Assembly (NCBI GenBank): GCA_009837285.1 | Contig: VXTU01000140.1 | Location: forward strand, 1 to 59,420 | DNA: 59,420 nucleotides | Reading direction: 5' to 3' | Source of the DNA: Chloroflexota bacterium | GTDB taxonomy: Bacteria > Chloroflexota > Dehalococcoidia > UBA2979 | Part shown: positions 18,351 to 30,320 of the stretch, one piece after another | Layout: each line of letters opens with the position of its first letter | How positions within the stretch are numbered: position 1 is the first letter of the stretch | Program-made: the position numbers and the translations under genes | The notes under the pieces: model-generated | Told to the model about the DNA's origin: nothing | Seen by the model: only the letters and a program-made list of their open reading frames with translations | Database searches by the model: none

Positions 18351-19343
18351 ATGTCCCGGGCACACACAGACCCACGCACCGAACTGGACGAGCGCGCTTC
18401 GCTCGCGCTCGAAGACTATCTGCACGACATCGAAGCCGTGCGACGTCGCTCCGCGCACACGGTGCGCAACTATCGCCGCGACCTCGAGGGCTTCTTGCAC
18501 TTCCTGGCCGAGCGCGGCGTCGCGTTCGATGAGGCGGGGCGCGAGCTGGCCCGCGAGTACCTCGGCGTGCTGCGCATCGAACAGGAGCGTGCGCCCGCGT
18601 CGGTGAAGCGCGTCGCCTCGACGATCCGCACGTTCTACGGCTGGCTGGCCAACGAGGGCCGCCTGCCGCCCGCAAAGCCCGGCGACTCGATCCTGCGGCT
18701 GCGCTACCCGAAGGCCCCGAAGCGCCTCCCCCACTTCCTCACCGAGGACGAGACCGAGGCACTGATGCGCGCCCCCGAAGACGCTGAGGCCGACTCGGAC
18801 GCCGACCGCGCGCGAGCGTTGCGCGATACCGCCCTGCTCGAGCTGCTATACGGCGCGGGCCTGCGCGTGAGCGAGGTTGCATCACTCGACAGTCGCGACC
18901 TCGACCTCACCAACCGGCAGGTCTCCGTGATGGGCAAGGGTGACCGCCCGCGCGTCGCGCTCTTCGGGCTGCCGGCGCGCGACGCCCTCCGCACGTGGCT
19001 CGACGATGGCCGCCCGCTGATGGCGAAGGGCGCCGAGGAGGCACTGTTCCTCAACCGCTCCGGCGGTCGGCTCTCGGCTCGGTCGGTGCAGCGCATCGTG
19101 CGCGACGCGGGCGTGGCCGCGGCCATCCGCCAGCGCGTGCATCCGCACCGGCTGCGTCACAGCTTCGCGACGCATATGCTGGAACACGAGGCAGATCTGC
19201 GCATCGTGCAGCAGCTGCTCGGGCACGCCTCCGCAGACACGACGCAGATCTACACGGCGGTCACGAGCGCGCGGCAGCACGAGTTGGTCTCGACGGCGCT
19301 CGAACGCTCGCGCGAGGTGGAGCGCGACCGCGAGGCGGACTGA
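18351..19343 (+). CDS. xerC: Tyrosine recombinase XerC/XerD family
   Basis: RNYRRDL, LLYGAGLRVSE, HRLRHSFATHML and LGHASADTTQIYT (catalytic Tyr) are present. XerC and XerD cannot be distinguished here. Confidence 0.88.
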   Translation: MSRAHTDPRTELDERASLALEDYLHDIEAVRRRSAHTVRNYRRDLEGFLHFLAERGVAFDEAGRELAREYLGVLRIEQERAPASVKRVASTIRTFYGWLANEGRLPPAKPGDSILRLRYPKAPKRLPHFLTEDETEALMRAPEDAEADSDADRARALRDTALLELLYGAGLRVSEVASLDSRDLDLTNRQVSVMGKGDRPRVALFGLPARDALRTWLDDGRPLMAKGAEEALFLNRSGGRLSARSVQRIVRDAGVAAAIRQRVHPHRLRHSFATHMLEHEADLRIVQQLLGHASADTTQIYTAVTSARQHELVSTALERSREVERDREAD

Positions 19344-19370
19344 ACGCACGACGACACTCCGGGGAGCCAC

Positions 19371-19808
19371 ATGCGCATCCTGATCCTGAACGGGCCCAAC
19401 CTGAACCTCCTCGGGCAGCGCGAGCCGGAGATCTACGGACGCGAGACACTGCGCGATATCGAGCTGTTATGCGAGGGCCGCGCCGAGGAGCTCGGCATCG
19501 AGATCGCCTGCGTGCAGTCCAACTCCGAGGGCGCCCTTGTCGACGCCCTGCACGCGCACCGCGACTGGGAGGGCGTGGTCATCAACGCCGCCGCCTACAC
19601 CCACACCTCGCTCGCCATCGCGGACGCCATCGCCGCCATCCAGGTCCCGACGATCGAGGTGCACTTGAGCAACGTGCACGCCCGCGAGGAGGTCCGGCAC
19701 ACCTCGCTCATCTCCCCCGTCGTATGGGGCCAGGTGAGCGGCTTCGGGTACCGCGGCTACCTCGCCGCGCTCGACCTGCTGCACAGCGTGCTCAGCGAGA
19801 CGGAGTAG
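19371..19808 (+). CDS. aroQ: Type II 3-dehydroquinate dehydratase
   Basis: MRILILNGPNLNLLGQREPEIYG and NAAAYTHTSLAI are present. Confidence 0.95.
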   Translation: MRILILNGPNLNLLGQREPEIYGRETLRDIELLCEGRAEELGIEIACVQSNSEGALVDALHAHRDWEGVVINAAAYTHTSLAIADAIAAIQVPTIEVHLSNVHAREEVRHTSLISPVVWGQVSGFGYRGYLAALDLLHSVLSETE

Positions 19809-19813
19809 CACGC

Positions 19814-20932
19814 GTGACGGACGCGACGGGCACCGGCGCACGCCTCGCGCGGCTGCGCGAGCGCCTCGACGCCCTCGACGTCGACGCGCTGCTCGTGAGC
19901 GCACCCTCGAACCGGCGCTGGCTGTCCGGCTTCACCGGCTCGGCGGGCGTGCTCGTCGTCGACGCGCAGCGCGCGCGCATCGCCACCGACGGCCGCTACC
20001 ACGAGCAGGCGCAGCGCCAGTCGCCGGACTTCGAGCTGATCCCGGCGCCCTTGCGCAGCGTGGCGAGCTTCGTGGCCCCGCTCCTCGACGGCCTCGGCGG
20101 GGCACGGCTCGGCTTCGAGCCCGCCGGTCTGACCGTCGCTGAGCACATGGAGTGGGTGGATACGATCGAGGGGCTCCCGACCAGCGACCGCCCACGGCTG
20201 GTCCCGGCTCCCGGCGCGGTCGAGCCGCTGCGCGCGATCAAGGACGCCGCGGAGATCGAGGCGCTGAGCGTGGCCGTGCACCTCGGCGACGAGGTCTGGG
20301 CGCACGCGGCCTCGTGCCTGCGTGCAGGCGTGACCGAGCGCGAGATCGCGTGGGAGGCGCAGCGCCACGCCTACGAGCACGGCGCGGACGGGATGGCGTT
20401 CGAGACGATCATCGCCGCCGGCCCCAACGGCGCGATGGCGCACCACCGCCCCAGCGACGCGGCGATCGAGGCGGGTCAGCCGGTCGTGATGGACCTCGGA
20501 GTCATCGTCGGCGGGTATCGGTCCGACCTCACGCGCACGGTGTGTGTCGGCGAACACGACGAGACGTTCCCGCGCGTCTACGACGCGGTCCTGGCCGCGC
20601 AGGAGATGGCCGAGGAGCGCATCGAGGCGGGGATGACCGGCGGACAGGCGCACGCAATCGCTGCTACGGTGCTGGCGGAGGCTGGCTACGGCGACCTGTT
20701 CACGCACGGGCTGGGCCACGGCGTCGGCCTCGACATCCACGAGGCGCCGCGGCTGTCGGCGGACTCCGGGGACCTGCTCGCCGACGGGCAGGTCGTCACC
20801 GTCGAGCCAGGGGTCTACATTCCGGGGTGGGGAGGCGTACGCATCGAGGATCAGTGCGTGATGGAGGACGGCAGGCTGCGCGTAATCTCGCGCGCCCGGA
20901 AGCTGGACCTGGAAGTCGGGGGTGGCTCGTGA
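19814..20932 (+). CDS. Xaa-Pro aminopeptidase (M24 family, PepP-like)
   Basis: There is a creatinase-like N-domain, then the metal ligands in [13 protein letters not shown] and VEPGVY. The start is GTG 19814. The upstream part of track ORF 18995..20932 is an Arg-rich shadow over xerC and aroQ. Confidence 0.88.
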   Translation: MTDATGTGARLARLRERLDALDVDALLVSAPSNRRWLSGFTGSAGVLVVDAQRARIATDGRYHEQAQRQSPDFELIPAPLRSVASFVAPLLDGLGGARLGFEPAGLTVAEHMEWVDTIEGLPTSDRPRLVPAPGAVEPLRAIKDAAEIEALSVAVHLGDEVWAHAASCLRAGVTEREIAWEAQRHAYEHGADGMAFETIIAAGPNGAMAHHRPSDAAIEAGQPVVMDLGVIVGGYRSDLTRTVCVGEHDETFPRVYDAVLAAQEMAEERIEAGMTGGQAHAIAATVLAEAGYGDLFTHGLGHGVGLDIHEAPRLSADSGDLLADGQVVTVEPGVYIPGWGGVRIEDQCVMEDGRLRVISRARKLDLEVGGGS

Positions 20933-21492
20933 TCGGTACCGGAGACATCAAGCGCGGCGTGTCGGTGGAAGTCGACGGCTCGCTCTACCAGGTCGTCGAC
21001 GTCCACCACGTCAAGACGAAGAAGTCAGCCGTCTACCGCGTCAAGATGCGCGACCTGCGCGGCGGCCACATCATCGAGCGCACCTTCAACGCCGGCGAGA
21101 AGCTGACCGCGGCCCGCGTCGAGCGCCGCGAGATGCAGTACCTCTACGCAGACGGCGACGCCTACACGTTCATGAACACCGAGACGTACGACCAGATCAT
21201 GGTCCCGCACGACGCCATCGCGGAGGCCCTGCCGTACCTCAAGGAGGGCGACCTGGTGCAGGTCCAGCTCTACGGCGAGGAAGCGCTCGGCATCGAGCTG
21301 GCAGCCGCCGTCAACCTCGAGATCGTGCAGTCCGACCCCGGCGTGAAGGGCGACACCGCCACCGGCGCGACGAAGCCGGCGACGCTCGAGACCGGCCTCA
21401 TCGTCGACGTGCCGCTGTTCATCAACCCCGGCGACACCATCAAGGTCTCGACCTCGACCGGGACCTACATCGAGCGGTCCTCGACCCGCTAG
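20929..21492 (+). CDS. efp: Elongation factor P
   Basis: IKRGVSVEVDGSLYQVVDVHHVKTKK... and DPGVKGDTATGATKPATLETG are present. The GTG start overlaps the pepP stop (GTGA). The aroQ-pepP-efp order matches that in Firmicutes. Confidence 0.93.
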   Translation: MIGTGDIKRGVSVEVDGSLYQVVDVHHVKTKKSAVYRVKMRDLRGGHIIERTFNAGEKLTAARVERREMQYLYADGDAYTFMNTETYDQIMVPHDAIAEALPYLKEGDLVQVQLYGEEALGIELAAAVNLEIVQSDPGVKGDTATGATKPATLETGLIVDVPLFINPGDTIKVSTSTGTYIERSSTR

Positions 21493-21514
21493 GTCCGCCA
21501 CCGGAGCGAGCACG

Positions 21515-22699
21515 ATGCCGCCCGAGGTCTACCCGGTCCGCCAGGTCACCCGCTACCTGCGGGAGCTGATCGAGGCCAACCGCCACCTCTCCGACATCTG
21601 GGTCTCCGGCGAGGTCTCGAACCTCACGCGCGCGTCGTCCGGCCATGTCTACTTCACACTCGGCGACGGCGCCGCCGCGCTGCGTTGCGTGCTGTTCCGC
21701 AGCCGCAACGTCGGGCAGGCGCAACGCATCGACGAGGGCCTGTCGGTGGTCGTCTACGGCTCGCTGTCGCTCTACGAGCAGCGCGGCGACCTCTCCTTCA
21801 TCGTCGACTTCGTGCAGCCGGAGGGCGTCGGCGCGCTGGCTGCGGAGTTCGAGCGCCTGCGCGCGAAGTTCGAGGAGGAGGGGCTGCTCGCGGTCGAACG
21901 CAAGCGGCCGCTGCCCGCGTTCCCTCAGCGCGTCGGCCTCGTCACCTCCCCGACAGGCGCCGTGCTGCACGACGTGACCGACGTGCTCGGCCGGCGCTGG
22001 CCGCTGGCGCGGCTTGTCGTCGCCCCCGCGCGCGTCCAGGGCGAGGGAGCGGCGGCGCTCATCGCCGACGCGCTGCGGCGGCTGGGCGAGGAGCACCTCG
22101 ACGCGATCATCCTGGCGCGCGGCGGCGGGGCCGCCGAGGACCTGTGGCCGTTCAACGAGGAGCCCGTGAGCCGAGCCATCTACGCCTCACCGGTCCCCGT
22201 CATCTCCGCCGTCGGCCACGAAACCGACACCACGCTCGCCGACCTCGTCGCCGACGTGCGCGCGCCCACACCATCGGCAGCAGCCGAGCTCGTCGCACCC
22301 GACCGCGCCGAGGTGTCGCAGCGCGTCGGCGTCCTCGCGCGCCACGCCGACACCGCAATGTCCCGCCGCATCGACGCCACCACCAATCGCACCGACGGCT
22401 TCGCCACGGCGCTCGCCGCGGCGCTCCCCGACCTCGCGGCAACCTCCCGCCGTATCGAGGAACGCGCCACCGCGGGCGGGCGGGCCCTCGAACTCGCCAT
22501 CGCCCGGGCCGCCGAGCGCACCGGTGCACTCGGCGGGCGCCTCGCAGCCCTCTCGCCGCTCGCGACGCTCGACCGCGGGTACGCGGTCGTGACGCGCGAA
22601 GACGGCTCGGTGGTGACCTCGGCGGCGGCCCTGCATCCCGACGACGCGGTACAGTTGCGGCTGCGCGACGGCACGCGCTCCGCGCGCGTCACCGGCTAG
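21515..22699 (+). CDS. xseA: Exodeoxyribonuclease VII large subunit
   Basis: There is an N-terminal OB fold (VSGEVSN), VTSPTGAVLHD and ARGGGAAEDLWPFNEE. Confidence 0.92.
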   Translation: MPPEVYPVRQVTRYLRELIEANRHLSDIWVSGEVSNLTRASSGHVYFTLGDGAAALRCVLFRSRNVGQAQRIDEGLSVVVYGSLSLYEQRGDLSFIVDFVQPEGVGALAAEFERLRAKFEEEGLLAVERKRPLPAFPQRVGLVTSPTGAVLHDVTDVLGRRWPLARLVVAPARVQGEGAAALIADALRRLGEEHLDAIILARGGGAAEDLWPFNEEPVSRAIYASPVPVISAVGHETDTTLADLVADVRAPTPSAAAELVAPDRAEVSQRVGVLARHADTAMSRRIDATTNRTDGFATALAAALPDLAATSRRIEERATAGGRALELAIARAAERTGALGGRLAALSPLATLDRGYAVVTREDGSVVTSAAALHPDDAVQLRLRDGTRSARVTG

Positions 22700-22719
22700 C
22701 CGCGCGACGAGGAGCCTCG

Positions 22720-22965
22720 ATGCCCGACGGCGTATCCGAACCGAACGCAGGCGACGCAGACGAGTCGTTCGAGGCGCTCTTCATGCGGCTCGAGGCCATC
22801 ACGGCGCAGCTCGAAGCAGGCGACCTCCCGCTCGAACGCTCCGTCGAGCTGTACGCCGAGGGGATGCGCATCGCCGAGCGCTGCCAGCGGATGCTGGCGG
22901 ACGCGTCGCAGCGCGTCGAGCGGCTGCGCGAGGCGTACGACGAGGCGCAGAGCTCGCTGCTGTGA
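22720..22965 (+). CDS. xseB: Exodeoxyribonuclease VII small subunit
   Basis: An 81-aa protein with FEALFMRLEAITAQLEAGDLPLERSVELYAEGMRIAERC, located directly after xseA. Confidence 0.9.
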   Translation: MPDGVSEPNAGDADESFEALFMRLEAITAQLEAGDLPLERSVELYAEGMRIAERCQRMLADASQRVERLREAYDEAQSSLL

Positions 22966-23780
22966 CACTGCGCATCGGCTGGTTCACGACGGCACGCGGC
23001 CCGGGCTCGCGCGGCATGTTCGAGTACGTCGAGCGCGCCGTGCGCTCGGGGGACCTCGATGCTGAGTTCGCCTTCGTCTTCTCGAACCGCGAGCGCGGCG
23101 AGTCCGATGCGACCGACTCGTTCTTCGACCTGGTCGAGGGCGCCGGGATCCCGCTCTTCACCTGCTCATCGGTCGGCTTCCGGCGGGCGGTCGGCGGCGA
23201 GCGGTCGCGGCCCGGTGAGCCCCTGCCGGACTGGCGGCTGGCGTACGACCGCCGCGTCGCCGAGGCCATCGAGGAGCACCCGTTCGACCTCGGTGTGCTC
23301 GCCGGTTACATGCTGATCGTGGAACGTGAGCTGGTGACACGGCACGCGCTGCTCAACCTCCACCCGGCGCTGCCGGACGGCCCCTCGGGCGTGTGGCAGG
23401 CGGTGATCCGCCAGCTCATCCGCGAGGGCGCCGACGAGAGCGGCGTGATGGTCCACCTCGCCATCCCCGAGGTAGACGAGGGCCCCGCCGTTGCCTACTG
23501 CCGCTACCCGCTGCGCGACGCCGAGCTCGAAGCGCTGCGCGAGGCACTCCCCGGGCCGCCGGACGACCTCGACGACGAGACCCTCGACGAGACCGCGCTG
23601 TTCGCGGCGATCCGCGCGCGGGGCGTGGAGCGCGAGGCGCCGCTGCTCGCGGCTGCGATCGCCGAGTTCGCGAGCGGCGCACTCCGCGTCGACGGCCCGC
23701 GCATCGTGGACGCCGAGGGGCGCCCCGCGCCGCCTGCCGACGTCACGGAGCGCGTCAACGCGCAGCTCGCCGCGCGCTGA
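22962..23780 (+). CDS. Formyltransferase-domain protein (PurN-like) with a C-terminal extension
   Basis: LLNLHPALP and GVMVHLAIPEVDEGP match the formyl_trans_N catalytic motifs. The GTG start overlaps the xseB stop (GTGA). Confidence 0.6.
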   Translation: MTLRIGWFTTARGPGSRGMFEYVERAVRSGDLDAEFAFVFSNRERGESDATDSFFDLVEGAGIPLFTCSSVGFRRAVGGERSRPGEPLPDWRLAYDRRVAEAIEEHPFDLGVLAGYMLIVERELVTRHALLNLHPALPDGPSGVWQAVIRQLIREGADESGVMVHLAIPEVDEGPAVAYCRYPLRDAELEALREALPGPPDDLDDETLDETALFAAIRARGVEREAPLLAAAIAEFASGALRVDGPRIVDAEGRPAPPADVTERVNAQLAAR

Positions 23781-23850
23781 CGGGCGGGCGCTGGCGGCGC
23801 AACCGCCGAACCGGGTAGGCTGTCGACACTCCCCGAGACGAGGACCGCGC

Positions 23851-24183
23851 GTGCCGGACTCCACACCTCCAGGCAGCGCCCCCGTGCCGCGCGAGCGTGC
23901 GCTTGCACGCATCGAGCGCCAACTACCGATGCCGCTCGCCGTGCGCGTCCGCGCCCTCTCCCTCGTCGGGTCGCGCGCCCTGGTCGCCACTGCCGAGTCG
24001 GCGTTGCCCGTGGTCGCGCGCTCGGTTGCCGTCGCCGTCGTCGCGTTGGCGGCCGAGCAGGCACTGCGCGCGAGCCTCGGCGGGGTCATCGAGCGGTTCG
24101 TCGGCCGTATGGGGCGCACGGGGCCCGCAACGCGGGTCGACATCACCGAGTGGATCATGATCGAGCGGATGCGCCGCCGCTAA
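23851..24183 (+). CDS. Hypothetical protein (110 aa)
   Basis: An in-frame GTG follows a GAGGAC Shine-Dalgarno-like sequence. The protein is Ala/Val/Arg-rich and has no motif I recognise. It could be non-coding. Confidence 0.3.
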   Translation: MPDSTPPGSAPVPRERALARIERQLPMPLAVRVRALSLVGSRALVATAESALPVVARSVAVAVVALAAEQALRASLGGVIERFVGRMGRTGPATRVDITEWIMIERMRRR

Positions 24184-24195
24184 GGACGGCCCCGC

Positions 24196-24948
24196 GTGAC
24201 CACCGATCCCCCCACCAGCACACCCGGCGAACGCCTCCAGAAGATCCTCGCGCGACGGGGCTACGGCAGCCGCCGCAAGGCCGAGGAGCTGATCCGCGCG
24301 GGCCGCGTCCACGTCGACGGCCGCCCCGCGACCATCGGGCAGCGCGCCGACCCCTCGGCGCGCATCACCGTCGACGGTGCGCCGATCGACGCCGAGCACG
24401 CTGCGCTCACGCTGATGCTGCACAAGCCTCCGGACGTGATCGTCGCCGCCTCGGACGGCCGTGGACGGGCCACGGTCTTCGACCTGCTGGGCGACGTCCC
24501 ACCCGGGCTGCGCCACGTTGGCCGCCTCGACCGCGACAGCGAGGGGTTGCTGCTGCTCACCACCGACGGCGAGCTGGCGCACCGCGTCGCGCACCCGCGG
24601 TTCGAGGTCGCGAAGACGTACGAGGCGCTGGTCGAGGGCCGCCCCGGCGAGGACTCGCTGGCGCGCCTGCGCGGCGGCATCGAGCTCGACGACGGCCCGA
24701 CCAGCCCCGCGGAGGCCGAGCGGCTGCGCCACGATGCCAACGGCTGGTGGGTGCGGCTTGTGCTGCACGAGGGCCGCAAGCGGCAGGTGCGGCGGATGCT
24801 GTCGGCGGTCGGTCACCCCGTGCGCCGCCTGGTGCGCACGCGCCTCGGTCCGCTCGAACTCGGCGACCTCGCGCCCGGGGCGTCGCGCCCGCTCGACGCC
24901 GAGGAACTGTCCGAGTTGCGCGCACTGTGCGGCCTCGACACTGCGTAG
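24196..24948 (+). CDS. rluB: Pseudouridine synthase, RsuA/RluB family
   Basis: There is an S4 domain (RLQKILARRGYGSRRKAEELIRAGRV) and the catalytic motif GRLDRDSEGLLLLTTDG. Confidence 0.9.
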   Translation: MTTDPPTSTPGERLQKILARRGYGSRRKAEELIRAGRVHVDGRPATIGQRADPSARITVDGAPIDAEHAALTLMLHKPPDVIVAASDGRGRATVFDLLGDVPPGLRHVGRLDRDSEGLLLLTTDGELAHRVAHPRFEVAKTYEALVEGRPGEDSLARLRGGIELDDGPTSPAEAERLRHDANGWWVRLVLHEGRKRQVRRMLSAVGHPVRRLVRTRLGPLELGDLAPGASRPLDAEELSELRALCGLDTA

Positions 24949-25007
24949 GTGGACGCCGCCGAGCGCCCGTTCCTATCATCGCAACGCCACTGAGGGGCGG
25001 TGCGGCG

Positions 25008-25742
25008 GTGGAGCGCGCAATCCCGACCGACGCACCGGAGTCCGACGCGCCCGCAGGCTCGATCGCCCGCAGCGTCGCGATTGACGGCCCCACGGCGTCG
25101 GGCAAGAGCGCCGTCGGCCGCGCACTGGCCCGGCGACTCGCCTACGGCTTCCTCGACACCGGCCTGATGTACCGCGCCTGCACGCTGGCGGTCCTCGAGT
25201 CGCCCGTCGACCCGGACGACGAGGACGCAGTCGCCGAACTCGTGCGCGGGCTCGACCTCGACGTGCAGTGGCCCGATCCCGAGACCCCCCGCGTGGTCAT
25301 CGCGGGCAGCGACGTGAGCGACCGGCTGCGCGAACCGCAGATCGAGGCGACGGTCTCGCTCATCTCCCGCGTCCCGGCGGTACGCGACGAGCTCGTACGC
25401 CGGCAGCGCGCCTTCGCCGAGCGCAGCCCGATCGTGATGGCGGGCCGTGACATCGGCACGCGCGTGCTCACGGAGGCGCGCACCAAGCTGTTCCTCGACG
25501 CCTCGCTCGAGGTGCGCGCGGCGCGCCGTCTCGCCGAGGAGCAGGCGGCCGGGCGCAGGAGCGACCTCGGCCGCGTCAGCGATGAGACGGACCGCCGAGA
25601 CCAGCTCGACTCGACGGGACACCGCGCGATCCGCCCGGAGCAGGCGGCCGACGACGCCGTCGTGATCGTGACCGACGACCTCGACATCGACGGCGTCGTG
25701 GCCCGCGCCGTCGAGGCGTACGAACGGGCGAACGCGTCGTGA
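25008..25742 (+). CDS. cmk: Cytidylate kinase
   Basis: IDGPTASGKSAVGR and DTGLMYR are present. The start is set at GTG 25008. Confidence 0.9.
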   Translation: MERAIPTDAPESDAPAGSIARSVAIDGPTASGKSAVGRALARRLAYGFLDTGLMYRACTLAVLESPVDPDDEDAVAELVRGLDLDVQWPDPETPRVVIAGSDVSDRLREPQIEATVSLISRVPAVRDELVRRQRAFAERSPIVMAGRDIGTRVLTEARTKLFLDASLEVRAARRLAEEQAAGRRSDLGRVSDETDRRDQLDSTGHRAIRPEQAADDAVVIVTDDLDIDGVVARAVEAYERANAS

Positions 25743-26458
25743 GGCGGCTCTGGCTCCTCTGGGGCAGGCTGTTCTACGGCTTCAGCCGCATCGCGCTGCC
25801 GCTCGCGCTGCGCCTCGCCGGCAGCCTCAAGATTGAGCACGCCGACCGCGTCCCCCTCGATGGCGGGGTCGTGATCGTCGCGAACCACGCGGCGCTGGTC
25901 GATCCGATCCTCGTCTGCGCCGCCGCTCCCCGACGACTGCGCCCCATCGCGAAGCGCGAGCTGTTCGAGACGCCGCTCATCGGGTGGACCGTGTGGCTCT
26001 ATGGCGCATTCCCCGTCCGCCGCCACTCCGGAGACCTTGGCGCGCTCCGGGCCGGGCGCAACCACCTCCGGGCCGGCCGGGCCGTGCTCGTGCACCCCGA
26101 GGGGACGAGGTCGCCTGACGGTCGGCTGACGCCGGGGCTGCCGGGCTCGGCCGTGATGGCGCTGCTCGGCGGCGCGCCGATCGTCCCGTGCGCGGTCACC
26201 GGCACCTCACCCATCAAGGGGCCTCGATCGATCCTCCGCGCGCTGATGACGCGCAGCCTGTCGATCCGCGTCGTCTTCGGCGAGCCCTTCGATCTCGACG
26301 AGGGCCGACCCACGGCCGAGCGTGCCGAGGTCGCGACAGACCTGATCATGCGGCGCATCGCCGAGCTCATGCCGGAGGAGTATCGAGGCGCCTACGGACC
26401 GGACTCCGAGGGCCAGGTCGTCGTCGCCCGCCACCGCGACGACGACGCCCGCGAGTAG
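25739..26458 (+). CDS. plsC: 1-acyl-sn-glycerol-3-phosphate acyltransferase
   Basis: The HX4D motif NHAALVDP and HPEGTRS are present. The GTG start overlaps the cmk stop (GTGA). Confidence 0.88.
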   Translation: MRRLWLLWGRLFYGFSRIALPLALRLAGSLKIEHADRVPLDGGVVIVANHAALVDPILVCAAAPRRLRPIAKRELFETPLIGWTVWLYGAFPVRRHSGDLGALRAGRNHLRAGRAVLVHPEGTRSPDGRLTPGLPGSAVMALLGGAPIVPCAVTGTSPIKGPRSILRALMTRSLSIRVVFGEPFDLDEGRPTAERAEVATDLIMRRIAELMPEEYRGAYGPDSEGQVVVARHRDDDARE

Positions 26459-26545
26459 CCGCCGGGCCGCCCCCGTGCGCTAGCCATCGCTCGGGTAGCC
26501 GCGCTACGCTGGGTGTCGGCGGGGCCGAAGACGGGGACTGCGCGC

Positions 26546-28399
<1,854 letters not shown>

Positions 28400-28418
28400 C
28401 CGTCGTCAACCCATCTGC

Positions 28419-28427
28419 TGCTACAGT
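28419..28427 (+). promoter_or_regulatory. Candidate extended -10 (TGCTACAGT) for the DUF262/DUF1524 gene
   Basis: Read directly in the 67-nt glmS-downstream spacer, 40 nt before ATG 28467. GGAAGG at 28455..28460 could serve as the Shine-Dalgarno sequence. Confidence 0.3.
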
Positions 28428-28466
28428 GTCGCGCGACTCAGTCCGTTGTTGGTGGAAGGCTCCCTC

Positions 28467-30320
28467 ATGAGTATCACGGCTTATGGGATCGAAAAGGAAG
28501 CGCTCGAAGACTTGCTTCGTGAAGCGCACAACGGCAGCTCACAACTGCCCGATTTCCAACGCGGCTGGGTCTGGGACGATGACCATGTACGCAGCCTCCT
28601 AGCGAGCATCTCGTTGGGCTATCCAATCGGCGCTGTCATGATGCTCAGGACGGGCGGCGATGGGCTGCGTTTCAAACAGCGAGCCATCGAGGGCGCTGCG
28701 GAGACGGCTACTGGCACAGCCGATCGCTTGATCCTCGACGGTCAGCAGCGGCTGACATCGCTCTTTCAGTCCCTGCAGTTGAACCGGCCCGTACTCACTC
28801 GCGACCAGAGAGGGCGTGAGATCGAACGCTGGTACTACATCGACATGCAGCAGGCGCTCGATCCCCTCGGTGACCGCGAGGAGGCAGTCGTCTCGCTGCC
28901 CGCCGACCGGCAGATCAGGCGTTTCGGTCGTGATGTCATCGAAGACTACTCGACGCCCGAGCGCGAGTACGAGTCAATGCTCTTCCCGCTCAGCAAAGCG
29001 TTTGACTCGCGCCGGTGGCGCGTGGGCTTCGAGCGCTTCTGGGAGTACAACGAGGAGAAAATCGAACTCTGGAACGAGTTTGATGAGCAGATCGTGACGC
29101 GGTTCGAGCAGTACCAGGTACCAGTAATCGAACTCGGAAAGGACACTCCGAAAGAAGCTGTCTGCCAGGTCTTCGAAAAGGTAAACACCGGCGGCGTCAC
29201 CCTCACCGTGTTCGAGTTGCTCACCGCTACCTACGCTGCTGACGATTTCCAACTGCGGCCGGACTGGGAGGCGCGAGAACGGGAGATTCATCAGCACTCG
29301 ATCCTCGCAGGCGTCTCAAACACAGACTTCCTGCAGGCGGTGACGCTCTTGGCGACGATGGAGCGCCGTGAGGCAGCCCTGGCTGGTGGAACGGACGAGG
29401 ACCGCGCGCCCGGAGTGGGATGCAAGCGGGCCGACATGTTGCGCCTGGAACTCTCCGAGTACCGGCGCTGGGCGAACCCGCTCGTGGAAGGGTTCAAGGT
29501 GGCGGCGAGATTCCTGCATGGGCAGCATCTCTACGACGCCAAGTTCTTGCCCTACGGGAGTCAATTGGTGCCGCTCGCCGCGATCCTCACGACCGTTGGG
29601 CGCGACTGGGAGCCACACGCCGCACGGGAGAAGCTGGCGCAATGGTACTGGTGCGGCGTGCTCGGCGAGTTGTACGGCGGATCCACTGAGACCCGCTTCG
29701 CCCGTGATCTTCCAGAGGTGGTGGACTGGATTCGTAACGAGGGCCCAGAGCCCACCACCGTCTACGACGCTGAGTTCGCCGAAGCGCGGCTACTTACACT
29801 TCGGACGCGGAACAGCGCCGCCTACAAGGGCATCTACGCGCTGCTGTTGCGCGAAGGCGCGTGCGACTGGATGACAGGCGAGGAAGCAACAGTACAAACA
29901 TACTTCGACGAACGGATCGACATCCACCACATCTTCCCACAGAAGTGGTGCGGCGAGAATGAAGTTGAGCCCGCTCGCTGCGACTCCATCGTCAACAAGA
30001 CGCCACTTACCGCGGCAACTAACCGGAGCATCGGAGGGGATGCCCCGCGCGAGTACCTCGACCGAATCGTGACCAAGAAACAGGTTCCACACGACGATCT
30101 GGACCGGTTCCTCCGTTCACATCTGATCGATCCCACCGGGCTGTACGCCGACGACTTTGAGGGGTTCTTCGCCACCCGCCGGGCGGCCCTGCTCGAGGCC
30201 ATCCGAAAGGCGATGGGCAAGCAGACAGCCGCAGACACTGTCGAAGATGCCGAAGAGGTGCCCGCGCAGTACGAGCTCGTGCACGGCGACAGCCTCGTAT
30301 CTGAGGATCTTGCCGAGTAG
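28467..30320 (+). CDS. DUF262 + DUF1524 two-domain protein (GmrSD/BrxU/SspE-like putative type IV, modification-dependent nuclease)
   Basis: The N-terminal domain carries LPDFQRGWVW, LILDGQQRLTSL and FEKVNTGGVTLTVFELL (DUF262 ParB-like NTPase motifs). The C-terminal domain carries IDIHHIFPQKW and NKTPLTAATNRSIG (DUF1524 His-Me finger). G+C is clearly lower than in the flanking genes. Confidence 0.8.
   Translation: MSITAYGIEKEALEDLLREAHNGSSQLPDFQRGWVWDDDHVRSLLASISLGYPIGAVMMLRTGGDGLRFKQRAIEGAAETATGTADRLILDGQQRLTSLFQSLQLNRPVLTRDQRGREIERWYYIDMQQALDPLGDREEAVVSLPADRQIRRFGRDVIEDYSTPEREYESMLFPLSKAFDSRRWRVGFERFWEYNEEKIELWNEFDEQIVTRFEQYQVPVIELGKDTPKEAVCQVFEKVNTGGVTLTVFELLTATYAADDFQLRPDWEAREREIHQHSILAGVSNTDFLQAVTLLATMERREAALAGGTDEDRAPGVGCKRADMLRLELSEYRRWANPLVEGFKVAARFLHGQHLYDAKFLPYGSQLVPLAAILTTVGRDWEPHAAREKLAQWYWCGVLGELYGGSTETRFARDLPEVVDWIRNEGPEPTTVYDAEFAEARLLTLRTRNSAAYKGIYALLLREGACDWMTGEEATVQTYFDERIDIHHIFPQKWCGENEVEPARCDSIVNKTPLTAATNRSIGGDAPREYLDRIVTKKQVPHDDLDRFLRSHLIDPTGLYADDFEGFFATRRAALLEAIRKAMGKQTAADTVEDAEEVPAQYELVHGDSLVSEDLAE

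Noticed and set aside
26459-26545. Possible glmS ribozyme upstream of glmS.
   Set aside because: The intergenic spacer is only 87 nt, shorter than the roughly 170-nt glmS ribozyme. I could not recognise its conserved core, and only a TACGCT -10-like hexamer is visible.
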